Of a stretch of 64,000 nt of DNA, positions 1 to 12,367 are shown piece after piece; position 1 is the stretch's first letter, and every line of letters begins with the position of its first letter. The position numbers were made by a program, and so were the translations under genes. The notes under the pieces are model-generated. The model did not search any database. It saw nothing but the letters and a program-made list of their open reading frames with translations, and was not told where the DNA came from. This DNA comes from Oculina patagonica (taxonomy: Eukaryota): assembly GCF_052425735.1 (NCBI RefSeq), contig NC_135759.1, positions 40,300,001 to 40,364,000 on the forward strand. The letters are read 5' to 3'.

Positions 1-7
1 CACTGAT

Positions 8-146
8 NNNNNNNNNNNNNNNNNNNNNNNNNNNNNNNNNNNNNNNNNNNNNNNNNNNNNNNNNNNNNNNNNNNNNNNNNNNNNNNNNNNNNNNNNNNNN
101 NNNNNNNNNNNNNNNNNNNNNNNNNNNNNNNNNNNNNNNNNNNNNN
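8..146. other. Assembly gap (N run)
   Basis: Run of N bases. Confidence 0.99.
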
Positions 147-159
147 TTTATACGTATAA

Positions 160-1033
160 TACTCTGTAAGCCTGTAAGCCTGTAAGCCTGTAACTCTGTA
201 AGCCTGTAAGCCTGAGCCTGTAAGCCTGTAAGCCTGTAACTCTGTAAGCCTGTAAGCCTGTAAGCCTGTAACTCTGTAAGCCTGTAACTCTGTAAGCCTG
301 TAAGCCTGTAACTCTATAAGCCTGTAAGCCTGTAACTCTGTAAGCCTGTAAGCCTGTAAGCCTGTAAGCCTGTAAGCCTGTAACTCTGTAAGCCTGTAAG
401 CCTGTAACTCTGTAAGCCTGTAAGCCTGTAACTCTGTAAGCCTGTAAGCCTGTAAGCCTGTAACTGTAACCTTGTAAGCCTGTAAGCCTGTAACTCTGTA
501 AGCCTGTAAGCCTGTAACTCTGTAAGCCTGTAAGCCTGTAAGCCTGTAAGCCTGTAAGCCTGTAAGCCTGTAAGCCTGTAAGCCTGTTACTCTGTAAGCC
601 TGTAACTCTGTAAGCCTGTAACCCTGTAAGCCTGTAAGCCTGTTACTCTGTAAGCCTGTAAGCCTGTAACTCTGTAAGCCTGTAACTCTGTAAGCCTGTA
701 AGCCTGTAAGCCTGTAAGCCTGTAAGCCTGTAACTCTGTAAGCCCGTAAGCCTGTAAGCCTGTAACTCTGTAAGCCTGTAAGCCTGTAACCTGTAACCTT
801 GTAACCTGTAACCTGTAACCTTGTAAGCCTGTAAGGCTGTAACTCTGTAAGCCTGTAACCCTGTTAGCCTGTTAGCCTGTAAGCCTGTAAGCCTGTAAGC
901 CTGTAACTCTGTAAGCCTGTAAGCCTGTAACTCTGTAAGCGTGTAAGCCTGGCCTGTAAGCCTGTAACCTGTAAGCCTGTAACTTGTAACTCTGTAAGCC
1001 TGTATGTAACTCTGTAAACCTGTAAGCCTGTAA
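160..1033 (+). repeat. 8-bp minisatellite of interspersed CTGTAAGC / CTGTAACT units
   Basis: About 870 bp of tandem 8-mers of two variants, degenerating toward the right edge; begins just after the gap. Confidence 0.97.
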
Positions 1034-2847
1034 TCAGTCCATGTGGGTTAGAATAAGATTTCGAACTAAGGATTTTTGGGGGAAATTGGGGAAAGATAAA
1101 TTGGTTGCCATGGCAACAGACGAATCCATAACCTAACCTCAGACAAGAAAGCTACCAATTTACTTATTTCCATCTCGTAATCTTGGCACAGGTGATAAAT
1201 TAATCGTGTAAGCCTGTAAGCCGGCTTACAGCAGGGCTTACACAAAAATTCAAAACGTAAATCGTGCCTGGTATATTCAGATAGTCCTACTTCATGGTGC
1301 TTCTTGGGTAGCTATTTCGTCGTGGGAGGGCAGAAAATGTAGGCTCTGAAATCGCCAATGTCAAAGATATTAATATAAGTTTGTAAAAAATAATCTTTAC
1401 AGTTTGTGGACCCTACCTTTTTTGGAGAGACGAGGTTAGCTGTGTTCGCGATATTTTAGGCACCAAAACGTAGGGGGGGGGGGGGGGGGGGGGCGGCTGT
1501 AGCACACCCAAATTTTCGTTTGGGGGAATACAGCCCCTGCTCCGCCGCCTATGCATAACAAAACAAAGAAGAAGAGATGGAAGCTGTAACGTAGCTCTCT
1601 GGAAAACGGCATAAAAAAGTCGGGCCGTTTTGCAAGTTTACTCAAATGGAATCCGTTAAAAGCTTCTCCAATTTTGTCCATCCAAACTCCTTCTCCGCTT
1701 TTTTTTATTCTTTTGAGTTCTTCTACAGTTTTAAGCCGTCATTGTGATTTGTCAGTTATCAAGGTTCTCTGACCAATTGCCAGTACAAACAACTATGGAC
1801 AACTATACTGCGTGACCAAAGCCCTTTTAAGTATTCGATCTGAATATTCGTAATCATTTGGATGGACCAACTTGAAGTACCCCTTTAATGAGATTTATTA
1901 ATGAGTAAGCCATTACATGAGTTATTAATGAACTATAAAAAGACGTATTTGCGTCTTTTGTGAACATAAGCGGAAATAGATCATCGATCAGAGTTAATTT
2001 CTGTAATGCAGTCTTTTCGATTCTGTGTCAACACTAGCGAATGTTGTTTTCTAACGATGGGGGCGTTTATCTGGATTGGAAACAGGAAAACAAGTTAAAG
2101 GCTTATTTTAACGGAATACGACCTCGCTGTTCCTTGCGTCCGTACCGTTGCTACTCTTCACAATTTTTTTAATTAATTGTTTTTTGAAAACTTTTTATTT
2201 TTACCACTTCTGTTTGAACTGGCCATGCAATTGAAATACAAGAACTGCGAGAGGCGGAGTTGTTTTAAAGTTCCATGTTCCCTCTTCGACAATTGTCAAC
2301 TCGTTCTCTTGTAATTCTTACATTTTTATGATTAACGAACTAAAACAGAAGTTATAAGAAAGCTGTCAAAAAGTTGTCAAAAATCGATCAAACACTTTGT
2401 CAACTAGTAACGGTACAGAGCGCAGCAATGTAAAGGGCTTTATCCGCAGGGAATAGAGGAAAATTATTTTTTATAATGGGGAAGCAGAGAACACATGCTT
2501 TATAGGAACGTCACCCTAAGTGTGTTTCACTTTGAGGAAAAGAGGAATTATTGCGTGATTATTTTCTATCACTGGCGGCGGATCAAACCTTCGGATCGAA
2601 TGCGGAAATCAAATGATTCATTACTCTATTTTTAGACTGCATTCTTGCGACCGTGAGTAAGCATGTATTGCGCCTTGATCTCAACTGCATGAGATTGCAG
2701 TTTTTTCCTTTTCACTGCGACAAGTTACACTAAAGTTCGAGAGAACTGATAACGTTTATGTATGTATGTAAGTTATGTTAGACATTTTGTTGAGTATGGT
2801 TTTGGAATAATTTGGTGTGATGTAGTTTCTATTATGAGCTAATGATA

Positions 2848-2995
2848 TATGCAAGACGGAACAAACTACAGCCAGTGGGCAAGTCTACCCCGTGAGAGCA
2901 GAGGGCAGATCGGATATTGGTGGCGTGCATCACATGCCTTTACGTTGACCAATCATATTTACAGTTTTTCTGACAAGTATTGTTAAACTACTTCA
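2848..2995 (+). promoter_or_regulatory. Upstream module shared by A- and C-type Ly6 genes (TATGCAAGACGGAACAA, GACCAATCA CCAAT box)
   Basis: The same motifs occur in the same order ~150-310 nt upstream of the ATG at ~2848/2947, ~20061/20158 and ~34712/34786, although the surrounding DNA has diverged. Function is inferred. Confidence 0.45.
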
Positions 2996-3157
2996 GAAGA
3001 TCAATTTTGACATATTTTTAGGCGTGCCATATTTTAGCTAGTATAACGTCCAGTTGACATCTTCTACTCGCGTCGTTTCTTCTAAGCCAGCACAACCGTA
3101 CCTACACTGTACCAGAGGCACTACCGACTCCAAAGAAACCGGAAAAAGCAAAGAAAC

Positions 3158-5609
3158 ATGTTCAATTTTCAGAGTTTGGTGATTGTTATGTTCCTAATTT
3201 TCTTGCCAATGGGTAAGTGACAACTTATTATAACTTTAATTCGCATTACTTTGAGAAATGTTTAATTTTTGCATGCAGATTTCACTCGCTCAGTGGTCTT
3301 GTATCATCACTGGGCTTCGACCTCGTGGTTTGCACAGTGAATATGCTTTCGTACTACTTATACTTTCACAGGTGTTCTTTGCTCTGATTAGCGGCTAAAC
3401 TTTAAACAGACTTAAAATGTTTCAGTGCTTTATATGTAGCTATCTAAATTGTTATATCGCATGCAGACTGAACAAACTTGAAATTAGTGTCAGTATTTAG
3501 ATTTTCTTGTTGACTGCAGGCTGCATGCCTCAGTTCCTGTCCTCGTGCTATGGCCATGAAACAAAATCAATATTAGATTAAACATTTGAGATTACAGTTT
3601 AAAATCAACAGAGGTTTTCATTAGATCGACATCAAATATTAAGCCAGGTCGAGGAAACAGGAACAGTTCGCAGGAAACATTTTAAAACATTTACGCAATC
3701 TACTACAAAACGAGACCAGAAACAAATCTTAATATTATCACTTTGTTTTAAAAGAGCCCAAAACAGTTTGAAGTCTAATTTAATTGTACAAATAGCAGTT
3801 AAAAATTTGATTCAGCGTAGTCTGTAGTGATTCCCCATGCACAAAAAGTAACTGAAATTAAAAAATGCCAGTGCGCAAAAGTTAAGTTCTGCTGTTATCA
3901 TTTGTTGCTGTTATTTGACTCTGCAAATGTCTATTAGACTATTATAACTCTAAATATTTTTTCAGAAGCGTCAGTTATTTTACAGTAGCGTAAGAGCTCG
4001 TGAATTTAGTTCTCATTTTCCGAGTCACATTTTGCGAAACCATGAATTTTTTTCCGGTTTCGGTGAAGTTCATACGTGCAGATTAAAATAACAGCTCAAA
4101 GTCATCACAGGGTGCCATTAGGCCGACGTCAAATGCGTCCAATTTTAAGCCAGGTCGAGGAAACAGTGCTTTCGAAATATTTTGAAAACTTAGTTTCTTA
4201 CGGGCGAAAGCATTTTACTACAAAACTAGTCCGTAAATAAACTCTGTTCACTTTGATTTAAACCAGCAGAAAACAGTTTGAAGTCCAACTGCACAAATAG
4301 TTGTATAACATTTCATTCTTATTACTCAGTCGTATTTTCCTCACAACTAAATTATTGATGTCAGCGCAAAATTCAAGTTCTGCTGTTATCATTTACTACT
4401 GCTCTTATTTGAGTCTAAGAATGTCTAGTAGTTCCCTAACTCTGAGTATTTTTCCAAAGGCGTCAGTTATTTTTTTTCCTGTAGCGTAAGAGCTTGTGAA
4501 ATTAGTTCTTGTTTTACGAGTCACATTTAACGAGGCCGTGGAATTTTCCGGTTTCGGTGACGTTGCGCGTGCAGGGCTTGAATTTGTCGTGAAGTTCATA
4601 CGTGTAGATTAATACAATTTATAATCATCACAGGTTGTCATTAGGCCGAGCCGAAAACAGTTTGAAGTCCAACTGCACAAATACCATTCTTACTTTGTCG
4701 AGATTCCCGCACAAGTAAATTAAGGGATGTCAGGGTAAAACTTCAAGTTCCGTTGTTATCATTTTTTTGCTCCTGTTATTTAAGACTGCTACTTGAGTTA
4801 CGTATCCGATTCCTAAGAAGACATAATAATAATGATAATGTATTTATATAGCGCATTAACTCTAAATGTTTTCCAATGGTGTAGCGTAAGAGCTTGTGAA
4901 TTTAGTTGCCGTTTTATGAGTCACATTTAACGAGGCCAAGAATTTTTTCCGGTTTCGGTAACATGAAGGACGTGAATTTCTCGTGATGTTCATACGTGCA
5001 GGAATTTTTTTCCTGTTAGCTAAGAGAATCGCACCCGTGATTTTCTCCTGTTGTTCTCCTTTTTTTAAGAAATAATGCTAATTTGTCCCTTCGCTTTTAT
5101 TTCAACCTGTTTTATAGCATATCTTTACTCAGGATCTCCACTTAAAAATAATAATTGATAACTCCTCGTTCAGAGGAAAAAAATGAGACGAGGAAGTGTT
5201 TGTATTTGCTGTGATGCGACGCGATGCGATCCTATGCGAAACTGGCAACACAAATTTTAATTGTAATTTTTCCTGTTGCTTTTTTATAAATGCAGTGACT
5301 TCCCGTGAATGTTACCAATGCCTGAGTGCGCTCTCTTGGAAAGACTGTGATAATAACAGGATAAAGGTGCGATGCCTAGGTTCGAATCAATGCGTCAAAG
5401 CCACCGTACAAGACTCAGCTGATGCTGGTTATGCAAAAGGCTGTGCGAAAACCTGCTCAGCATCCGACCTTCCAGCCTGCAGTAAGCCTGGTGTCAAGTG
5501 CAATGTGGACTGCTGTTCCTCGGATTACTGCAATGGGGCACCCAGTCGTATGGTCAGCGGTCTTCTCCTGATGGTTGCCACTGGCGTCATCTTCTTCTTG
5601 GGTTTTTAG
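3158..5609 (+). CDS. Ly6/uPAR three-finger protein, probably GPI-anchored (copy A1), 122 aa
   Basis: Exon 1 3158-3212 (MFNFQSLVIVMFLIFLPM, signal peptide, donor G|GTAAG). Exon 2 5296-5609 follows the acceptor aaatgcAG and the phase-1 join is in frame: VTSRECYQC...DCCSSDYCN with 12 Cys, then the hydrophobic tail GAPSRMVSGLLLMVATGVIFFLGF. AATAAA lies near 5874. Confidence 0.93.
3630..5000 (+). repeat. Three diverged tandem copies of a ~350-500 bp intronic block in the A1 intron (also in the A2 intron)
   Basis: The markers aaaacagtttgaagtc, gtagcgtaagagc, ccggtttcggt and ttcatacgtgcag recur three times in order. B-type introns carry one copy. Confidence 0.8.
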
Positions 5610-6001
5610 ATCGATTTTGAGTAATTCCGGACTTCCGTGCATGTAATGTAGCTCAGTAGGTAGTTTATATTAGTTTAGTGGAATACCGAATTTTTTTGTA
5701 AGCGCTAACTAAATTATTAATTTGGAGTTTGTAAAGACTGTAAATGCCCGTTTTAGATTTAAAGGGCGTCAGCCCTTTGTAAGAGCATTTAAAAAAAATG
5801 TTTTTTAAGCTCGTGGATCTGTATAGCTTGACTAATGAAAGCTAAGACTGGAACATACGATGCGTAATGTAAAAATAAAAACTGTTTTGTTGATTCTTAC
5901 TTATACTGTCTAACTAACCTTGCTTGCTTGTTATAGCACCAATATATATGATTTGTCACCCCATCTCAGACCAATCAGACCCTTGTTTCTGTGTTGCAGT
6001 A

Positions 6002-6386
6002 CAGTAAAAACCCGCGAGCAAGAACTCTAACATTTAAGAACCTGTTAGGCTAAACTTTGCAAATTAGATACCATTTTTATAAGAACCTATTTAGCCTCAA
6101 ATTTGTAAACAGGTTCTTATTTTCTAAAATTGATTAAAAATGTTTATTTTTGGGAAATAAGTTTGGACAAAGCATAACTGTGCATGTATATCATGTCATA
6201 TTTTAAATGATTAGTGCTTCATTTTTACATAAGCACTTATGTGGTATGCAAATTTTATACAAGAAATAGGCCGAATGCCACTAAAATCTCTTAAACAATA
6301 TTGAAATTGTTAATAACCCTTTATGTATAAGAACCTGTTTAGGCTAACCTGAAAAATAATAGGTTCTTACTCGCGGGTTTTTACTC
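6002..6386. mobile_element. MITE with CAGT termini and TA flanks (Tc1/mariner-pogo-like)
   Basis: TIR cagtaaaaacccgcgag...ctcgcgggtttttactc flanked by TA. A paralogous copy lies at 24595-24947. Confidence 0.75.
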
Positions 6387-7340
6387 TATACATGAGCAGT
6401 CATGCATAAAATCTTCTCTGTCGGTCATTTCCATTTTTATTTCAAAAATTCTTTCCTGTCAAAATCAAAAGAATTTTTTTCTACAGTCTCGCTACAAATC
6501 AAAGCCTATTTTAGACCAAATTGAGGTAAAACTGGAAGAACAAAAAACCTTATCCTTTTGAGGCGACATTACCGTACATGAGTGTGTCTATAAGGTAGTC
6601 CCTCAGGGAGGGTTCTTATTCACCATTCCCCTTTTGTGAACCACTTTGGTTGAGGACATTGAATTGTATTGGGAGTCGTTTATAATATAAACAATATAAA
6701 CATCCAAAAGTAACCATTCTCTTGCAGTCGATCATGTTTAATTTCAAATAAAATGCGTGTTTATTTTTTTCCGTGAGTGCAGTAACCCAAGGCGAAGCAA
6801 TATCTGTAATAATTTATTACGTTATTTTTCATGTACAGGCGGCACGCATTGTTGTATAATATTGATCATCAACGCATCGTTGATCAAAGCTTCAGAGGAA
6901 ATAGTTGAAATTCTAGCCGGGTTACTAGCATTTTTAACTTACTCATTTCGTGTGTGTGTTCTTTTTTTACAAAGAATGTTTTTGAAGAAAACTTCAACCT
7001 AAATTTACAATCTACCAGCATTTCGGTTACCTATATTTGTAACCTCTGTCACGGTCTTGAGTTAGTAAGTTGCCACGCTCTGTTTATTTAGTCTTGTATA
7101 TTTATAGACATGTTTGTGAACATCATGAAAGATCTGTAAAACGGGACTTCTGTGATTCTGATATTCCATCATCTTTCGGCTTTTTAATGCAAGACTAATT
7201 AAAAACCCAACCTGCCTGACCCATTAGGCTATATAGCTATAATTTGCGCCTGAGCGCAGGGACCGCGGAGAGGGAGGGGCTAGGGGAAGCTTCAGCCCTC
7301 CACTTTTTTACAGTAACATGAAAAACAATGTAATGAATTG

Positions 7341-7512
7341 CCGATTCCCTCTATGGCGCGCGCCTGCAGGGAATAAATCGCATATTCCCTCGTTGCCTAA
7401 AAATAACCCTTACTTGTATTCATCGTTGCTAATTCTCGCGCGACCTCGCGCATGGTTTGATGAATACAACTACCATGATTCCGTGCAGGCACGCGCTATA
7501 GAGGGAATCGGA
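7341..7512. mobile_element. Palindromic MITE-like element
   Basis: Inverted ends ccgattccctctatggcgcgcgcctgca...tgcaggcacgcgctatagagggaatcgg. A paralogous copy lies at ~26378-26517. Confidence 0.6.
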
Positions 7513-8934
7513 CATTAAAAAACAAACGAAAATTTCTGAAATATTTTGGTTGTGGATGCCATATTATTGATTTAGTTTGTAAAGGACGAAAGTAACAGCA
7601 GTTACTATTACCAAAAAATAAAAAAAATAAACTTGATAAAAAACAAGTAATTGCGGACGATTGTCTAAAAGGTTTTCAGATATAATCGAAAAGATATTAG
7701 GCCACTACAGTACAATGCCCTTTATTAAAATTGGCTTTTTAAGGGTGAATGGACTTCTCATGAAAAAGGCCTGTTTCATCATTGATCAGTTTCGATCTGA
7801 ACAAATAAGTTAATTATAAGACAATACGTTTTGCTTTCGAGCTCATGCTTAAATTAATTCATTTTGTAACAATGAAAGTGAAATTGTCTTTTCTGTTTTC
7901 ATTCCTCTGATAACATCTCAGTTTCCGGTACTTCAACATGGTAAGAAAGGTTTATGTCTTGATGTAAGGTTTAAAGAGTCATGAGTGAGCATAATAATGA
8001 ACGTTTTGTGTAGCAACGTCTCTTTATCACAACGGTTTTTCGTTTAAAGCAACATTTTTTAAATCCAAGTTTCCTGAGGGAGCATGCCCCCGTGACGTCA
8101 CACTGGCAGTGATGTTTTAACCAACAGTTTTCTTAGAGACACCCCTCCCCGTCGGGTCCGGGATTAAGCTTATTTAGAAGGCCGATATCCTGCATTTTAG
8201 CTGGAAAAGGGAGCGAGACTCGGGATTGAAATTATAAACGGGACACGTGAATTGGCGAGTTTACGAGGCGGTATTCGGGAAAAAAAAGTCCGGTGACAAA
8301 AAAATAATGTACATGCATAGAATCGGGATCGGGATCGGGATCGGGATAACCGATGAAAACCTTCGGGGTTACGGGATTGAAGGAAAATTTTAGCTGGGAT
8401 AGCGGGATCCAATAACCCTATTGGCGACCCTCAACACGCTGTTAAATTTCGACTTCGCCGATGTATTTTATTGATCTTAGAAATGATCATCTTGAAACAA
8501 GCGCAAACTCCTACTCGAACGAACGCATATTGAAAAAAGTTAAATCCCCTGTCCAAATTCTTTAGTCCACGCATATTCACAATTTACGGTCAGGCGACCG
8601 TTCCCGGGCAGGGGATCATTTGCGCTACAATCTGGGGATCATTTGCGGTCCCGGGATCGTTTGCAGGCCGGGATCATTTGCGGGCCTGTACAGATCTCTG
8701 CGTGAAACGTTACTTACAGTAGAAACCGTGACTTTGACCTATCATATTTACAGTTTTCTGACAAGAATTGTTAAAATACTTCAAACGATTAATTCTGACA
8801 TATTTCAAGGCGCGCCACAGTGGTTAAGTTGACCTCCTCTATTCGCGTCGTTTCGTACCAGCCAGCACAACTACCGTAACCACACTGAACAAGAAGGCTA
8901 CCAAGTCCAAGGAAAGCAGAAAAAGCGAAGAAAC

Positions 8935-10260
8935 ATGTTCAATTTTCAGAGTTTGATGATTGTTATGTTCCTCATTTTCTTGCCAGTGGGTAAGTGACAA
9001 CTTTTTATTACTTAATCTGCATTCATTTAGAAATGTTTAATCAGTCCGCGTGCAGCTGATTTACTCGCTCGGCAGGCTTGCATCTTCATGATCACTATGC
9101 TTTGGACCTCGTTGCGGCTTGCACAGGAAATGTGCTTTTGTCCTTCTTTTGCTTTCACAATTGTTCTTTACCGATTTCCTAAACTTTAAACGAACTTAAA
9201 ATGTGTCAGTACTTTATATGTCTTTCCTGCAGGCCCTCGTGGCTATGGCTACGACTGGACTCAATATTACAAATAAATTAAAGCTTGTTCAATTTGGCGT
9301 CTAACTGCAAAAATAGCAGTAGAACATTTTGTTATACATTCTGTCGTGGTTCCCGCACAAGCAAAGGTATCATATCGCAAAGCTCAAGTTCTGGTTTAGT
9401 TTTTGTTGCTGTCATTTTGAGACTGCCAATATCTATATCAGTTCACTATCGATCCCTAAGAAGGCTAACTCTTAATGTGTTCTTCAATAGCGTCAGTATT
9501 TTTTTCTGATAAAATCAGAGCTCGTAAATTTCGTTCCCGTTTGACGATTCATACGACGCCCGGAATTTCTTTCGGAATTTCTAGTGAAGTTCATACGTGC
9601 AGCGGTTTTTACCTGTTACCTAGGGAAATCGCGCTCGTTATTCTCTTCTGTTGTTTTCCAATTTTAGAACCTGTTTTATAGCATATCTTTAATCAGGATC
9701 TCCACCCAAAAATAATAATCGATAATTTGTTCAGCAGGGTTATTTAACACCTCGGCTTCTCTTTCTCTTTCGTTCTTCTCACATCTATCTAATCCCCGAT
9801 ACAGTTGGGAGGGAAGAATGAGACCCTGGGAATGAGAAAGTGTTTCTACTCGCTGTAATGCGACGCAATGCGATGCGAAACTGTTGTGTTAACAACTGGC
9901 AGCCACAAATTTATAATTTATTCCTGTTGCTTTTATCTAAATGCAGCAATTTCCCGTGAATGTTACCAATGCCTGAGTTCGCTCTCTTGGAAAGACTGTG
10001 ATGATAACAGGATAAAGGTCCAATGTCTGGCTTCGAATCAGTGCATCAAAGTCAGCGGTCACAGCTCAGTTGAAGATGCTTATGGAAAAGGCTGCGCGGC
10101 AACCTGCTCAGCATCCAACATTCCAGTCTGCAGGAAGGCTGGCGTCAAGTGCGAAGTGGACTGCTGTTCCTCAGATTACTGCAATGGCGCACCCGGTCGT
10201 ATGGTCAGCGGTCTTCTCCTGATGGTTGCCACTGGCGTCGTCTTCTTGTTCGGTTATTAG
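8935..10260 (+). CDS. Ly6/uPAR three-finger protein, probably GPI-anchored (copy B1), 122 aa
   Basis: Exon 1 8935-8989 (MFNFQSLMIVMFLIFLPV, G|GTAAG). Exon 2 9947-10260 (AISRECYQC...CCSSDYCNGAPGRMVSGLLLMVATGVVFLFGY). Confidence 0.93.
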
Positions 10261-12367
10261 ATTGATTATGAGTGATCGTAGACTCCTATCCATGAAATGT
10301 TGGTAAATAGGCAATTAGGAAGAACAACAAATGTTCTGTTTTATCATTTTGGAGTTGTAAAGAACGTAAGTTAAGCTAACCGTCGCTTTAGATTTTTATA
10401 ACCATGTTAGCGCAAATTTTTAAAGGCGTTATTTAGCGTAGAGCTGTATAGTATGACTAATGAAAGCTTTAACTAAAAAATATGATACGTATTGTCAAAA
10501 TATAAAAAAGGTATGACTGTATGTACTTTAGCTTTCACTCTTACTAACTTTGCTTGCTTGTTAAAAGAAAAACAAACCTTGGATTTCATTATTGGATTGG
10601 TTGCTGTTTTGTAATACACAGGAATGGTCATGCATTAGACTGCTTGGTCGGCGTTCAAAGGGGAAGGAGAAAGGGAGAAGTTCGAGCGCGAGAAGAGAGC
10701 GCGAAGCTCAATGGGAGAAGGGGGAGGGAGAAACAAATGCGCTGTCCAAATCAAACAATTGATGTGTCTCCTCAAAGTATAGAGTTTTGAAGTAGATCTT
10801 CAACTGAAAATTATTACCAGCATTACAGTTACCTATACGCTCTGTTTGTTTAGTCTTGTATATTTATAGACATGTATGTCTGTCCTGATTTAAGAAAAGA
10901 AGGCCCCCAGAACTGCCAGCAGGGGCCACTCACTATATTATTTTTCACCCTATCTCTGACTAACCTGACTGGTTGCTTGGTTGCAATACGCAGGAGCAGT
11001 CATGCATTGAATAATTTTGGCCCGGGCTACCTGCCCACGGGGACTTTGACGCTGCCTACCCCCCCCCCCCCTCAAATTTCTCGGACCGCAATGGCTTGGA
11101 GGCCGACTGCGTCGTCCCTTCAAACACGGATCCCGGAGTCCACGTTTTGTCAAATCCAGACAGATGTGGACATCATGAAATATCTATAAAAACGGGACTA
11201 CTGCATTTGATTCTGATTTTCCATGATCTTTCGGCTTTTTGAAGCAAGAATGTGAATAGAGATTTAAAGATTTAATGAAAACCCCAGGCTATAGCTGTGC
11301 CTTGCGCGTGAGCGACGGAATGCTACGCGTCACTCTCTTCTCCTCTTTTTCGAACGGGCGACGAATAGACTGGGAAATGAGGAGAGGTTAAAAGTAAGCG
11401 CGCGGAGCCTGAAAAGAGAGAAACGAAAGCGCGCGGGGACCCTGGTCCCCCGTGCTCCCCCCCTTTTTTTATTTTTCGTGTTTTTTTTTTCGCATTTTTT
11501 TCCCTCCACTGAAGAACTATCCGAGGAAGAGAACTACGCGTCCGGAAACGTTTGTTTGGAGTTGATTCACACGCAGGAAGGTAATAATAAAAGTTTTATT
11601 GCTGACAGCACTTATCGTTCCTGCATTAATATAATGCTTTTTCCTTCTGTGGGTCTACTACATTTTTTGCTTGGAATGACGTTCTGTTGCGGTTAGTACT
11701 ATTCACTGACTTTCTGATATGCATTCAAATAAAATGCATGTGTAGGTAGCCCTAGGAGGGTAGGGTAGAGTATGGTTTTAGAGTTTTCCTTCTTGATCAG
11801 GCTATCAATTTCACTACTTATAATTTCAAACCGGAGAGGTATCATTTTGGACATGGCCAGATGTCTTTAACAGGATATGCATATACGTTAATTTTTTTAC
11901 TAATCCGGCCACAGTGTAAGATTATTTGTTGGCAATGATTTAGACATTGAGAGGGGGAGGTACAGAATAGGGAGGACGGAGAAATGGCCCAAAAAATTAT
12001 GGAGGAGGGAGACATTTTGGCTAAAAAATAGGGAGGAGGGAGAAATTTTAGCTCAAAAAGTAGGGAGGAGGGCGATTTACCCTCCTGTCCCTCTCCCCTC
12101 CATTGACGCATAGCACAATTACGCTACAATAGTCAGTTGTACTCCATTTCCAATTGTCCGCCATTTCGGTTTGTTTGTCTGAGTCTTGTCTGAGTCGTGA
12201 CGTCACTCGCGCGCTTCGCTATTGCCAAGTCATGCAGGCTCATTCAGCCTATTGTGACAGTTACGTATTGTTTAACTACTCTGGTAAAAGATTAAGGTGT
12301 GCTACATTTATATGGTTCAGTTGAGTTCTCCCTTCAGCTCCCTAGGAAGCGGAAAAAGTAACGAAAC

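Noticed and set aside
5196-5295. ORF-track N-termini of the Ly6 ORFs (also 9868, 23826, 36533, 56220)
   Set aside because: These are intron read-through. The true N-termini come from the upstream 55-nt exons with canonical splice sites.
5647-5665. tRNA A-box-like gtagctcagtaggtag
   Set aside because: No cloverleaf or B-box, and it is not conserved in the A2 3' UTR.
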